64,000 nt of DNA from Neophaeotheca triangularis (lineage: Eukaryota), in assembly GCA_054600435.1 (NCBI GenBank), contig BAAIJX010000011.1, forward strand, positions 186,001-250,000. The letters are read 5' to 3'. Positions 44,709-56,155 of this stretch are shown one piece after another (the stretch's first letter is position 1; the number at the start of each line of letters is the position of its first letter). The notes under the pieces were generated by a model. That model was not told the origin of the DNA, ran no database searches, and saw only the letters and a program-made list of their open reading frames with translations. A program made the translations under genes and the position numbers.

Positions 44709-47413
44709 TCAAGTCCCCAAATGCTGATCGGCCTGATTAAAATCTGGTCCATTCTGGCCCCACAAAATCGTATTTAAAACCGAATAGGGGCTATACTCCT
44801 CCACATCACCAGCAATAACACTACCCGCGGTCGAAGACGGAGCGGGCGCGGCCCCCGGGCCGACAAAAGACCCCGCACCGCTTGACACATCGGTGCCAGG
44901 CGTGAAGATGTTGCTGGAATGGTTGAGTTTGAGACTTCCGTCCTCGCCCAGCAGGGTCACGCTGTCCGCGTCGAGGGTGCCGGAGCTGGGGGCCTCGGTG
45001 GGCGGCGCGGGAGCAAAGGTTGCGCCCATGGCTATCGTTGTGTTGGTTGCGTCGCGCGTCTCGGTTATGTTGAGTTTGCGTAGAGCGGTGAGGCCGCGCT
45101 GGACGGGCATGGATATTTCCTCGGGAGCAATGTTCGAGGTCACGTCGGCCATGACTGCCACGAAGCGGCCGAGCATGTGGCGCGCGCGCTCGCTGCGCGT
45201 GTGTTCTCCGAGGATGCCTAGGAGTAGAGCAGAGCCCAGGCCACGGTGCATGGAGACCCAGCTTTGACGGGCGTAGGGGGTTATGTTGTTGAGACCAAGA
45301 AAGGCTTCGATGGTGTTGATGAGGTTGTCAATGCAGAGGGGACGGAAGGCGGTACGGAGGGCTTGGTCAGTTGTACGGGGGGAGATAGCCGGGCGGCCTA
45401 GTTCGGAGAGGATGTAGGATGAATGGAGGTAGAGTGCCTGAGGGAGTGAAGGAGTGGTAAGTTTGTGCAGTCGTCAAAGTGTTAAAAAGGGAAAGACTTA
45501 CCCAGTGCTCGAGCGTCTGCTGAAGCGTCGTGCACTGCCGGGAATCTCGAAGGTATTCCGCAGAATCTCGCATTATTGTCTGTATCTCGTCGCGGTGCTT
45601 TGCGATACGAGAGTGCATTTCCCTCGGGTCTTCCACCAGAGGGGACCGTTCGCAAACAATATCCATGCCCTTTTTACACAGCTTATACATGACGACGTGA
45701 TACGGTGATACGCTCGGATCGTAGTGCTGCGGCATTGGCATCGAGGATGTGTCCATGATGGCGGGAGAAGTGGCCCTGTCGTACGTGATAGACAGTAAAC
45801 TGTCCTGCCATATGATGGCCCACCAGACTTTTGATCTAGGTATCACCTTCTCCGGGTGGATTCCAGGCGGACACCGGCGGTGTAGACCCAGGCCTTGAGC
45901 GAGTCTGATGGTGAGACCCAAGATTGTCCAAGCAGTGCCTGCGTTCATGTTATTCTGCACGACGCTGCCAATGACTAGTATAGCCTGTATACTCTCAATC
46001 GTGGCCTGTGAGAGGAAATTGGTGAATCGTAAGCACTCAAAAGCGCAGCACACTGAACCGTGTTAGTTTTGATCTAGTAATGGTCAGGCAGGCAACGAGA
46101 CTTCGGCACTCACCATAGACCTGTGACGTCAACTCCCTCTCCTTCCTCTGCATGCCGCTACACTGCGCACCATTGGCGAGAACGGCAAACAGCATAGCGA
46201 GCCATCTGTACCCCTTGCCGTAGATGGTCTGCTCAGTCACTCCATCCTCCGGCGTGGTCCGCATCTGCCGATCCATCATGAACAAGTTTAGATCATTCTC
46301 CAATTCGTCCACGTTGGCTATGGCGGGGAAAATGACGGAACCCATGTCCCGGTAGGCTCGGAACAGGCTCGCCATTTGCTGGTCGCCAGGCAACGCATTC
46401 GCCAGCTCTCGCGCTCTCGCAACTGAACCATGCGGTAATCCCCACAAGTCCACGAAAGGATAGGTGGCGCTCTCATTGTCCAGACCGAACATGGGTAGGA
46501 TGGCTTTGCCCAGCATCTCTCGTATCTCTGGCCTCTCAGTATCGCCTTTCCCCATTGCTAATATGGTCGCGGGAATGGAGCGTGGGCCTAAATGTACGAT
46601 TTCGCCCTATACGAGACAACTCGGTTAGCTGTGCGCTGGCTCGCCAATACCAGGCCCAGGTGAATTAAGGGGAAGCTCAGCACACACCCTATAATCCTGG
46701 GTATGCAGGCCATGCACATCTGTATGCCTGGGCGCTTCCTCGGATAAGCTGGGGTCAGTGGTCGTCGTCACTTCCGGCCAACGGGGTTTGAATGGCTCTC
46801 TTTGCTGGTGCTGCTGCGGTTGCCTAGGCCGCTGGTAGTCGGTAGGCGGATATTGCGGCACCTGTTCCGGTACACTCGGGACTTGATGATGCTTGGTCGG
46901 CTGGCCTTGGTTGCGCGACATTTGCTGTCTCAAATCGGCGATGGAGTTTTCGAGCCCGTCGAGTTTAGCAAAGAGGTGGTCCAGCTCGTTGCGACCGATG
47001 GGAATGTATGGGACGCCGTTTTGAGCATCCTCGGGGCGCGGCATGGGGGGTTTTACGTCGCCTGCTTGCTGCTGCTGTTGCTGTTGACGCTTGTTTGGGG
47101 GGTGGTATGAGCATAATTCGGGGTGCTCGCGGTCGCGACAAGTCTGGCAAGGACGACCCAAATCGCATCTACGAGAGTGAGGAAGTGTTAAGTTGGTGGT
47201 GATAGTTGTACAATGGCTTTGATGGTCACGGGTGTGATGGAGACAAGACGAGAAGACTTACTTTACTTTACGCTGGCGACACGGATAACAAGCCTTGTGC
47301 TCGCGTGCTTTACGTTTCTTGCGCAAGTAGTCGTCGACGTCCTGTTGCGGTGGCATGGCGTCCTGGTAGGGATGGAGATTCATGGGGGGATTTTGCTGGA
47401 GCAGTGGGTCCAT
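44709..47413 (-). CDS. Zn(II)2Cys6 transcription factor with fungal-specific TF domain, 5 exons
   Basis: Spliced KACYPCRQRKVK|CDLGRPCQTCRDREHPELC; middle-homology motif IRLAQGLGLHR..WWAIIWQDSLLSITYDR. Introns 47169-47261, 46607-46687, 46053-46113, 45438-45501. Confidence 0.9.
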
Positions 47414-47460
47414 GGCGTGGCGTGTTCGTTCTGGCTGGCGCCAACGCGACTGCCGACTGG

Positions 47461-47770
47461 GGTAATGATGATGATGATGATGATGATAATAATAATAATA
47501 ATAATAATACTGGGCTGATAGAGGAGAAACTTCTATTGCGGGTCGCGACCATGGAGTGTTGACGACTCGGCAGTCTTGCGGAAATGGTGGTGGTAGTGGT
47601 GGTGGTGGTGGTGGTGGTGGTGGTGGTGGTAGTAGTAGTAGCGGGTGATGCGGTGTTGTATACAGTACCTAGGTAGTAAGTAGTATGGTAGTGTGGTAGT
47701 GTGGTAGCGTAGTAGGAGTAGTGTGGCAACGTTGACGGGTGTCGGTGTTGGTAGTAGTAGTAGTAGTGTC
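47461..47770. repeat. Compound trinucleotide microsatellites (GAT)n(AAT)n, (TGG)n, (TAG)n upstream of the Zn2Cys6 gene
   Basis: Directly visible. Confidence 0.9.
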
Positions 47771-49080
47771 GGGTGTCTGTCAAGTTACAGAGTAGCTCAT
47801 CAGTAGCTCAGTAGACCCTCGGCGTGGACAGAAGTCTGCGGAACAGGAGAGAGTGACCGGGACTGATGAACTTTGTAAGGTTGGCTGGCTGGCTGTCCTG
47901 TCATTGCTGCTGTGGGCGTGTCTGTTGCTCCAAACTCTATCCTATCGCAAGCTCCCCAACGTCTGTCCAGTGTCCGGTGTCCACCTACCGGCAATAACAA
48001 GAAGAGACAGCGAGCTCCCTAACATACACACAACGTTCGGAGTGATTAGGTAGTAGTAGTCACAGGCTATAACTTTTTAACGTCATGGCCATGAACTTTG
48101 AAGGTGGTGCTGGTGATGAAGCTGACGCGGAGGCGGCAAGACAACCTCAAAGACAAGAAAGACCGAAACCCCGGGCCGTCTACAACAACATCTCATCTGT
48201 CTAGACTCTCTCTCTTTCTCTCTCTCTCTCACCCTCGACCAGTACTAATAATACTGTAACTACTCGGAGGGCCGTGATCCGTGATCCGTGACTAGTATTG
48301 AAAGAGAGAGAGAGGGAGAGAGAGAGAGAGAAAGCCCAAGTGGCCTTCCACTTCCAGCTCGGTCCTCCAGTGATGATGAAACTCTATCCCCCATCAGATC
48401 AGCAACTCAGCATTAAATATTTCGCATGGAGCAAACACAAAACACACGGTACACCCCGACCCTCGACTCTCGAGTGTGCCCGGGTGCCGGGAAACAGGAT
48501 CCGAGGCTGAGGAGTTGTGTGTGGGGGGGGGGGGTGTCCAAACCTTGTACCTGGTCACGGGCACTACCTAGCTCCAACCACTCATCACAGCACCTCTCCC
48601 AAGTTCCTCCACGTAACTAACGTTAGGTAGCATTGAATAAACATCAATTGTAGCCGTCAAGCGTCAGGTAGGCAAGTGCAAGTGAGGCATCTACCCAGAT
48701 GACGACGAACGACGGCAGAGTCGGCCCGGGTCAAACATGAAGAAATGACACGGGCAATTGGAGCGAGCGAGCGAGCGAGCGAGCCATCGAGAAAATATTC
48801 GACCTTTCTGCAATCTTCTTATTAGTCCCGGGTGGGAAGTGGGTGATAATAATACCAGGAGGTACCTCACAAAGATATCGAGTGCAACCAACCCGATGAA
48901 GCGTAAAGCCTAGTAAAGAGGTATGTAGGTACCTTAACTATCGCAATCAGCTTGACCACGAGCCCGACCACGAGCAGAGTGCCGTTGTGTGGTGGCTTGA
49001 AAGGGGGCAATGAAAATAAAATGATGCCCGAGCAGCCGGAGGTATATAGTACATACTAATACTGACCCAGGCACACGGTA

Positions 49081-49225
49081 AACCTGTATCTGTTACCTGT
49101 TACCTGTTACCTGTATCTGTTACCTGTTACCTGTTACCTGTTACCTGTTACCTGTTACCTGTTACCTGTTACCTGTTTACCTGCTGGACCTGTAGGTACC
49201 TGCTGGACTTGTACCTGTTGGGCCT
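49081..49225. repeat. 7-bp tandem array (CTGTTAC)n with degenerate right end
   Basis: More than a dozen consecutive units with two CTGTAT variants, decaying into CTGCTGGAC-like units. Confidence 0.95.
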
Positions 49226-49569
49226 GTTTTTGTACTTAACGATGAGACTGCAGCACTGTGAGATGCCACGGTCCACTGCAACGGTTGTCGGGGTGTCCAG
49301 GACTCGACGTCCAGATCCTTGGGAGCTGGAGTGAGCGCGAGTCGGCGCTCTCGACGTGCGTTCTGTAGTAAAGATCTCTTAGGTTGAGTCGACCGGACTT
49401 GTGGCAATCTTTGCGGAAGGGTTGTGTATTGACAATGTGAGAATGATACATGCAAATAAGCGGATATTTTCGTGGTACACGTTTCGTGACACGCTCGTCT
49501 CGAGCTCGCACTGCTAGTAGCTACTACAAGAATAGATATACAACCATCATCCAAGGATGGGTGACTTCC

Positions 49570-52500
49570 TCACTCCTCCCTAGCACCTACACTCCCCTCC
49601 CTCCCGTGCACAACCATACTACTCCCGGTGTCCTCGCGCTGCAAACCCGGCGCCTGCGGACTCGCCTCCTTCTTCTCCTCCTCCTTCCCCTCCCCCTCAG
49701 CAGCCACGACGCCCTGCGCAGCCCTCGCGTCCCGAATAGCACGCCTGTACTCAGCCTTCGCGACCCCACTAGCCGGGCTCGCAAAGCCACTGCCTCCACC
49801 CGCCGTAGCCGCCGAACTGCCCGCGGGAATCTCTTCGGCAAGCCGTTCAGCCATGTTGGCGTCGTATTCGCGCTCTTTGCGGAAAATGGCTTCGGGGTCG
49901 TGCTCGCGGGCGGAAGCGAGGAGGTCGAGGGAGCCGTCGGATTCCGCGTCGGAAGAGGTGTCGTCGGCGTCGGCGTCGACGGCGGGGTCGGAATAGCCGG
50001 ATTCCGAGTCGGCTTCGGAGCTGGAGGCGGAAGCGATTTCCATGGCTTGCGGCGCTGTGGAGGGATGGAAGCCGCCGTTGGAGGCCGGGGTGATGGACAT
50101 TGCGTCAGAAGCGTCCGAGGTCGACGAGTTTTCGTCGTCACCGTAGCCGTAGGAGTCGGTGTCGAAGGGCATGAAGCTTAGGGCTGGGGGGAGCTCGGAG
50201 GGGGGCAGTTCTTTGGTGTCCGAGGTTACGACTTGCATGTTTCGATGGACAGCCGAGCGCGTGCGGCGGGTGGGGTCGGAGCCTTGAAGGATAGCGGCGA
50301 TCTTGGGTGGATAGGTTCTGGGTTGTTTGCGGCGGGGAGGGGCTGGTGCTTCGTCTTGGTCATCGCGGCCGTGGCAGGAGGAGACTTGGATCGCGAAGTT
50401 GTCGGCTGGGCAGACGCCGCCGATGCCCGAGACCTCGAGCTCGATAGGTCGGTCTTCCTGCAATTCTTGCTTGGTTCGTGATTGCATGGGTGATCGAGGC
50501 GGAAAGGCGAGGCGTTGTGAGTCGGGGGTGGAGCCTCCCTCGAGAGGTTTGGGTTCGGGCAATTTGGTCGCTTGCTCGAGCGGTCCACGCTTCTCGGGTT
50601 GGTGGCGAGCTGCGGGTTGGAGCTCGCCGATTGGCACCGTGTTGGTCGCTTTGTAAGTGGGCGCGTTGTAATTGCCGTTGATGTTGTGGTCGCCGCTGAG
50701 GTCGGTACAGAAACGAGCATTGTTGTAGAAGATGATGGGTCCGTCTTCGCGCTTCTTATCGCGACGGGGAGGTTGAGCCAGCCCTCCTGAACTAGTCATC
50801 GCCGAGGAGTCGTTGCCGACCTGTTGTGGGAAGGCAGATTGGTCCTCTTCGACTTCAGACGAAGACCCCGACTCGCTATCGGAATCCTCGCGGTGGAAGA
50901 ACAATGGTGTGTAGACGAGCTTGTTCTCCGACTGCGCTCGCTGAGTGCTCCTGGCCTTGCTAGCGTTGCTATGTTTGGAGAAGTTGCTGTCGCCGCGATT
51001 GAGCTTCATTCGCTTTCGCGGAGTCTGACCGCTAGGTGTGTTGACACCAACGGACGAGCTGTCGTCGTTGCTACTCGTGAACGTCGTCCCTGAAGCGCCC
51101 CGCCTCCAGCGTACTCGTCGGCCATCCGCCGACACCTCAAACTTGTCACTGTACTCATCAATGGCCTTGCGAACAAAGTCCACCGTGACGTGCATTGTAT
51201 GCAATTGGGCCATGTTGATCAACAGGTTGAGGTAAATCCACCCGTAATCGTCGACAGGACTACGATTTGAGTCAATGTTGGGTGAGAAACCCAAGTGACG
51301 AATGTATCGAATGTTTTCGTCTGGAACTTGGGCGCGATGAGGGTCCAGATCCAACGGTCGGGTAGGTCGTTGTTCCACAGGCAGCTTCTCCGCAAAGTCG
51401 TTCTCGGAAACGCACTTTTCCTCAGCATAGCGGTTGGTGGAATCTGCCTGTCTCTTTAAAGAGGCGGGGTTGAGAGGATCCTCAGTCTCTTCATCCATAA
51501 TGCACGCTTCACGCACACCCTCAGTGCCAGCCGCCTGACCGCGAGCTTCAATGGCGTTCCTCTCAGCCCTCGCGGCCATTTGCGACACTTCTTCCTGTTG
51601 GAACGACTGCTGGTGTCCACTTGCAGCTGCGCCTTTGCCAGCGAAGATTTGTTCCAAGCGCTTCACCGTCAACTTCTTCATGGACTTCTCCGACATGGAG
51701 GCCGGCTCCTGTTGTGGCATCAAACCTTCCGGAATATGATGTAAGTAAGAGTGGATGTTCTGCTGCCTCGACTTTGCGCTTTGAGCGGACTGCCTCTGAC
51801 GTTTGCCTGTCCCGGAGGCGCCCTGGCCCATAGATCCTTGTCCCGAAGCGGATATTGACGCATAGGCGGAGTCAGCCAAATGGACGTTGCTGGAGGATGC
51901 AGTCTGCGAGTATGTCGGCTTGGAGTTGTTGAGCAGCGGCATCAGGCCCTCGTAGCCATTGTTCGGAAATCCTGAACTCGGCCCAGGCTGGCCTAAACCG
52001 GCAGCAAACGTGCGGAGCGTCTCTTCCAGCTCTTGCTTCTTTGCTGGCGGAAGGCCGTGGATGCGCACTTCAAACAATTTCTCGTCCTTTAGATGACGGT
52101 CGTGCAACTTCTCATACTTCTTCAAGCGTCTTTTCAGCTTCTTGTTCTGTATAGTCAAGTCGTCAATGACGCTGCGAAAGTCCTCGGTACTGCTCCCTTC
52201 GTTGCCAAGGCGGAGGAGTCCTGTTCGATTCGGCAACGAGTCCTCGAGGTCGGGATGGGCCAAATACTGGTTCACGTTGCGGTAATCCGGTGGTGTTTCC
52301 GAGGAAGAGTTATTGCGCATGAAGAAAGGCGGGTCGTTGTCGGCGACGGACTGCTTGTTCATGTACGCATCGTTGTTGGAGTTCTCGAACCACCTTTCCG
52401 CATTACTACTCTCGCCAGAGCTGTTCCTGCCCAGAGGTTGTAGACTCGAGGGCGAGTCGCGCTTGCGTTTGACCGGGTTTTTGTTTGCGCGGTTGCTGTC

Positions 52501-52635
52501 GGTCGAAGAGTCGCTCGTCTGGTAGGCGCTCTGGAGGCGTGGAGTATGCAACAGCGACACTGATCGGTGAGCCGGTGTCCGTTTGGGGTGTGCCGCTGCA
52601 GTGGCTGCAGCCTGAGGGCGCAGATTGGTGGTCAT
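49570..52635 (-). CDS. frq: Circadian clock protein Frequency
   Basis: SGESSNAERWF, DPPFF, coiled coil DFRSVIDDLTIQNKKLKRRLKKY, LFEVRIHGLP, VKRLEQIF, EQRPTRPLDLDP, GWIYLNLLINMAQLH, SAATAGG. Confidence 0.96.
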   Translation of the reverse strand: MTTNLRPQAAATAAAHPKRTPAHRSVSLLHTPRLQSAYQTSDSSTDSNRANKNPVKRKRDSPSSLQPLGRNSSGESSNAERWFENSNNDAYMNKQSVADNDPPFFMRNNSSSETPPDYRNVNQYLAHPDLEDSLPNRTGLLRLGNEGSSTEDFRSVIDDLTIQNKKLKRRLKKYEKLHDRHLKDEKLFEVRIHGLPPAKKQELEETLRTFAAGLGQPGPSSGFPNNGYEGLMPLLNNSKPTYSQTASSSNVHLADSAYASISASGQGSMGQGASGTGKRQRQSAQSAKSRQQNIHSYLHHIPEGLMPQQEPASMSEKSMKKLTVKRLEQIFAGKGAAASGHQQSFQQEEVSQMAARAERNAIEARGQAAGTEGVREACIMDEETEDPLNPASLKRQADSTNRYAEEKCVSENDFAEKLPVEQRPTRPLDLDPHRAQVPDENIRYIRHLGFSPNIDSNRSPVDDYGWIYLNLLINMAQLHTMHVTVDFVRKAIDEYSDKFEVSADGRRVRWRRGASGTTFTSSNDDSSSVGVNTPSGQTPRKRMKLNRGDSNFSKHSNASKARSTQRAQSENKLVYTPLFFHREDSDSESGSSSEVEEDQSAFPQQVGNDSSAMTSSGGLAQPPRRDKKREDGPIIFYNNARFCTDLSGDHNINGNYNAPTYKATNTVPIGELQPAARHQPEKRGPLEQATKLPEPKPLEGGSTPDSQRLAFPPRSPMQSRTKQELQEDRPIELEVSGIGGVCPADNFAIQVSSCHGRDDQDEAPAPPRRKQPRTYPPKIAAILQGSDPTRRTRSAVHRNMQVVTSDTKELPPSELPPALSFMPFDTDSYGYGDDENSSTSDASDAMSITPASNGGFHPSTAPQAMEIASASSSEADSESGYSDPAVDADADDTSSDAESDGSLDLLASAREHDPEAIFRKEREYDANMAERLAEEIPAGSSAATAGGGSGFASPASGVAKAEYRRAIRDARAAQGVVAAEGEGKEEEKKEASPQAPGLQREDTGSSMVVHGREGSVGAREE

Positions 52636-54175
52636 GGTGACTCTCGGCGTGTGTGAGTCGAGAGGAGGAGGTTAAGCGCTTATTCTCCCCATGCGTGACG
52701 TAGGGGAGTGGAAAATGGCAAGAGGCCAGCCGGTCGTTGTGTTCTGTTTTCTGTATGATATCCTGGGTATGTATGCCAACTCTTGTGATTTACGGTAATG
52801 CTGCCTGATGGGTTGTAGTTTGTCGGTGAGGATGCAGAGGGGATGGAGAAGGCGCAGGGCGATGGACGGATGAGCATCAGAATGGCAAGTAGTGTCAGCC
52901 GGAGCCAGGTGCGGTGTCTGCGATGGCTTCGATTGGAGCGGATGTGGATGCGGGGGGCGTGATGGCGTCAAAGGGAGCGAGTTGACTGAGGTGTTCGGTG
53001 TTCCAGGTTCCAGTCGAGGTCCGGGTCCTTTCCATTTGATGCAGCCATCAATCGAGATCCCCGGGCAACTTCTCAACCCTTGGACGTTGGACGGGAGTGG
53101 ACGGGGGTGTACCGTGTGCCACCATCGCGATCGTCGGGCATGTCCAGGGTCCAAGAGCATCTGGGCAGTTCACATGGATCGAGCAGCCTGAGGCCTCAAC
53201 ACCTTAACCTCTTTCTCTTTCTCTTCCAAGTCCATTGTTCCAGTCTTCACATTATTCATCCAAAATAAGCATACGCACACACACACATGCCCTACACAAA
53301 CATGGACGCTCCTCTCAGCAATTTCAGCAGTCCCCATCAGTGCCTTGGTACACAAGCAAACACGCCAGTCTCAAAGTCCTGGAGGTCCAAGTCCAACTTT
53401 GGCATCGCTCGATCCCAGTCCTGCCCAGCCCAACTACCTTACCTTACATCAGCGGGATTTCATCATACCTTACCTAAAGGTAGGTATGCCCTAGGTCGTG
53501 ATATTATTGTTCCTGGAACATCGCCGATGCGGCTTTGATATATCAACCGATCCTCACAGTTAGTCCCTTCAGAAATCACCTCTAGTGGTCCCTACCTTCA
53601 CACGCCAATATAGCGCCATCACACGATCCGTCGCAGTAAAATCTACTAGTGACGTTGCTCGTGCTGCCTTTGAAAGAAGCAACGTCCAAAAAAGGGTCTG
53701 ATTTTCGTATCGCATAAGATATATTTTTTCACGTGAACACCACAGGGAACATTCCATCATCACATACCGACTGCAGTGCAGGGGTTAGTGTGCGTTCTGC
53801 TAACCGCAAAGGTCTTGCTGTGTAGGTATTATTCTGGAAGACAAAAAAGGATAACCCGTTTCCGACCAAGTGACGAGAACGTTCAAGGTCCTGCGGTACA
53901 GAGTTTACTTCAATGCATGCCAGCATTCCGTAGAAGTGGGATTTATATCCGTCTAGAGTCTCAGGGTTTGTGGATTCGATTTCGCACCAGCGACGCTTTT
54001 CGAGGGCCCTGAGGGCACCCAAACCCCGTCGTTCCCGCAACAACATCCACGTACCAAAACATGCCGTGAAATCCCACGGGCACGACGAGAGGTCATAGCA
54101 ACCCCAAACGGCGAATCCAAATACCAGCAGAATGCATGGGTACAGTTAAACATCAACATAAGCTCTCCGATAAAT

Positions 54176-55837
54176 CTACATCCAAAGACACAACTTCCCA
54201 CTAGCAGTCCCAGCAGCAACCCAATCCATGCTATCGTGGAATCTCGCAACCGCTGGCACAGCCGTAATGCCCTCGCCACCCAACTGCGCCAACTGATGGC
54301 CCTTGGAGTCGTAAATATCCACGAAACCTAACAAGTCTCAAAGTCAGCATCCTCAACTCTCCCGAACCCGCTGAACGGAAAAATTAAAAGTAGACAAGCA
54401 CTCACGATTCATGTTCCCAATAACAAACCTCTGAATTCCACCGGGCGGTCTCAACTGCCACTGAGCCCGCAAAATCGTAACCCACCTCCCCGTCTGGTTA
54501 TTGTGCGGCACCACCGTCGACGGCAGCATCTGCTCCTCCCCCAACCCCGCTTTCCCCGCCGCCCAATCGCCACACTCGCTGCTGAAATCGTAGATCTTGA
54601 CCGTGTCGTCGTAGCTCGCCGTCGCCACCTGGCCCGCCGCATTCCACGCGGCGTGCGAGACCGACAACGGCGACAGGTGTTCGCCTATCAAATGCGGGCC
54701 GCGGTCTTCGCCCTTGCCGCTGATTTTGCGGAGGTCGTAGACGCGCATGTGTCGGTCGAGGGAGGCGGTGGCTAGCAGGTGAGGGTACGAAGGGTGCAGG
54801 CTGAAACCGCCGATTTTCTTTTCCGATAGCTGCAACATTTCGACCACGTCCGAGGTCGGGGTTCGCAGGTCGTGGATGCCGAAGCGGCCGTCCAGGGTGG
54901 TGAAGTGGAGAAGGTTGGGGTCTTGAGAGGAGATTTCGACGCCCGAGAGGGGCGCGTCTTCGCTCGTGTCGGCGGGTGCGTAGGCTTCGATGGCGGTGCC
55001 GGCGCTGAGGTCGAGGCGGCGGATCGAGCTGTCGTAGCTGGCGGAGTAAAGGCCGTTGCTGTCGTGGGGTGAGAATTGGAAGGCGCTGATAGTGCGGGTG
55101 TGAATTTTGAAGCTGCTGATGGCGGGTTCGGCCTCTTCGGAGTCGGATTCTTCGTCGTCTTCTTGTTTGACGGTTTCCGGGTTGGTCTGCGACCCGTCGA
55201 AGAGGCCGATTGATCCTAGCTTGTCACCTGCAAAGACCAGCGGTTTCTCTTTTGAGGGGTGGAAGCCGAGGGAATAGATACGTTCGGGTGTGATTTTGAT
55301 GCGATTGGGTTCCCAGCCTTCGTAAAGTTGTAGACTTCCGAGTCTCTCACGTATTTCTCGTAGCTCTTTGTCTGTTGTGTCTCGCACATCCTGTGCGTCG
55401 AACGTCCTCTCTCCCGGCTGCGCGGGTCCGACAGCAGTCAACCAGTTGCCAGCCCGATTCCATGTACGACCATTGACCAAAGCGTCCGTCAAATTGATAT
55501 CCCCACTTACGCGTTGCCGCTTAGCTTTCTGCTGTTCTTGAAATGCCTCGTTCTCAGCTTCTTGTTTCTGCCGTGCGACTTCGCTATCAGCGACGATGCC
55601 TTTAAGGCGGGAAGAAGTGCGGCGGGGCGCATTGTCTTCTTCTTTGACCTTTTGCGCGGCAGGCTTTTTGCGTTTCTGTCCAGCGGTAGAAGTAGGTTTC
55701 GGTTTAGACTTGGGCGCAATGCCGGTCTGAGCGGCATCCAGTTGGAGTTGTTGTAGAAGTGCTTGGTTTTTGGCTATCTTTTCTTGACGTTGGAGTTCGT
55801 AGTCTGACAGACCATTCTCCTTCTTAGGACGAGCCAT
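54176..55837 (-). CDS. CMR1: WD40 DNA damage-binding protein Cmr1/WDR76 (intron 54328-54405)
   Basis: [31 protein letters not shown] and HNNQTGRWV; last exon [25 protein letters not shown]. Confidence 0.93.
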
Positions 55838-56155
55838 GACCTTTTTGAATGCGATAGAGGTGCTTTAGAAAAAACGATATGTTAACAAATGCACGTTGGA
55901 AGCTGAATTGAACGATTGGTGAAACCCGCGATCGAGTGTCATTCATGACGAAGTCGCGTTTCTCGCGACGCGATTGCTTGCGCTAGCCATGCGAGATGGA
56001 GTGCGGATCTAGCCGAAATTGATACTGTACATGCAACTTGAGAGCTTCCGGAGAAGCGCCTGGTGCCCAAATGGCAGGAATAAAGATACTATTTCGAACT
56101 CCGGTACGCGCCGCTCGGGAGTGGGAATAGATGCAGAGAAACATAGCTCGTCGCC

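Noticed and set aside
49081..49225. Tandem array as CRISPR or telomere
   Set aside because: 7-bp units without spacers, eukaryotic context, and not a TTAGGG-type repeat.
49450..50181. 243-aa ORF antisense to the frq 3' end as a qrf-encoded protein
   Set aside because: Low-complexity shadow of the skewed frq C-terminus with no independent coding evidence.
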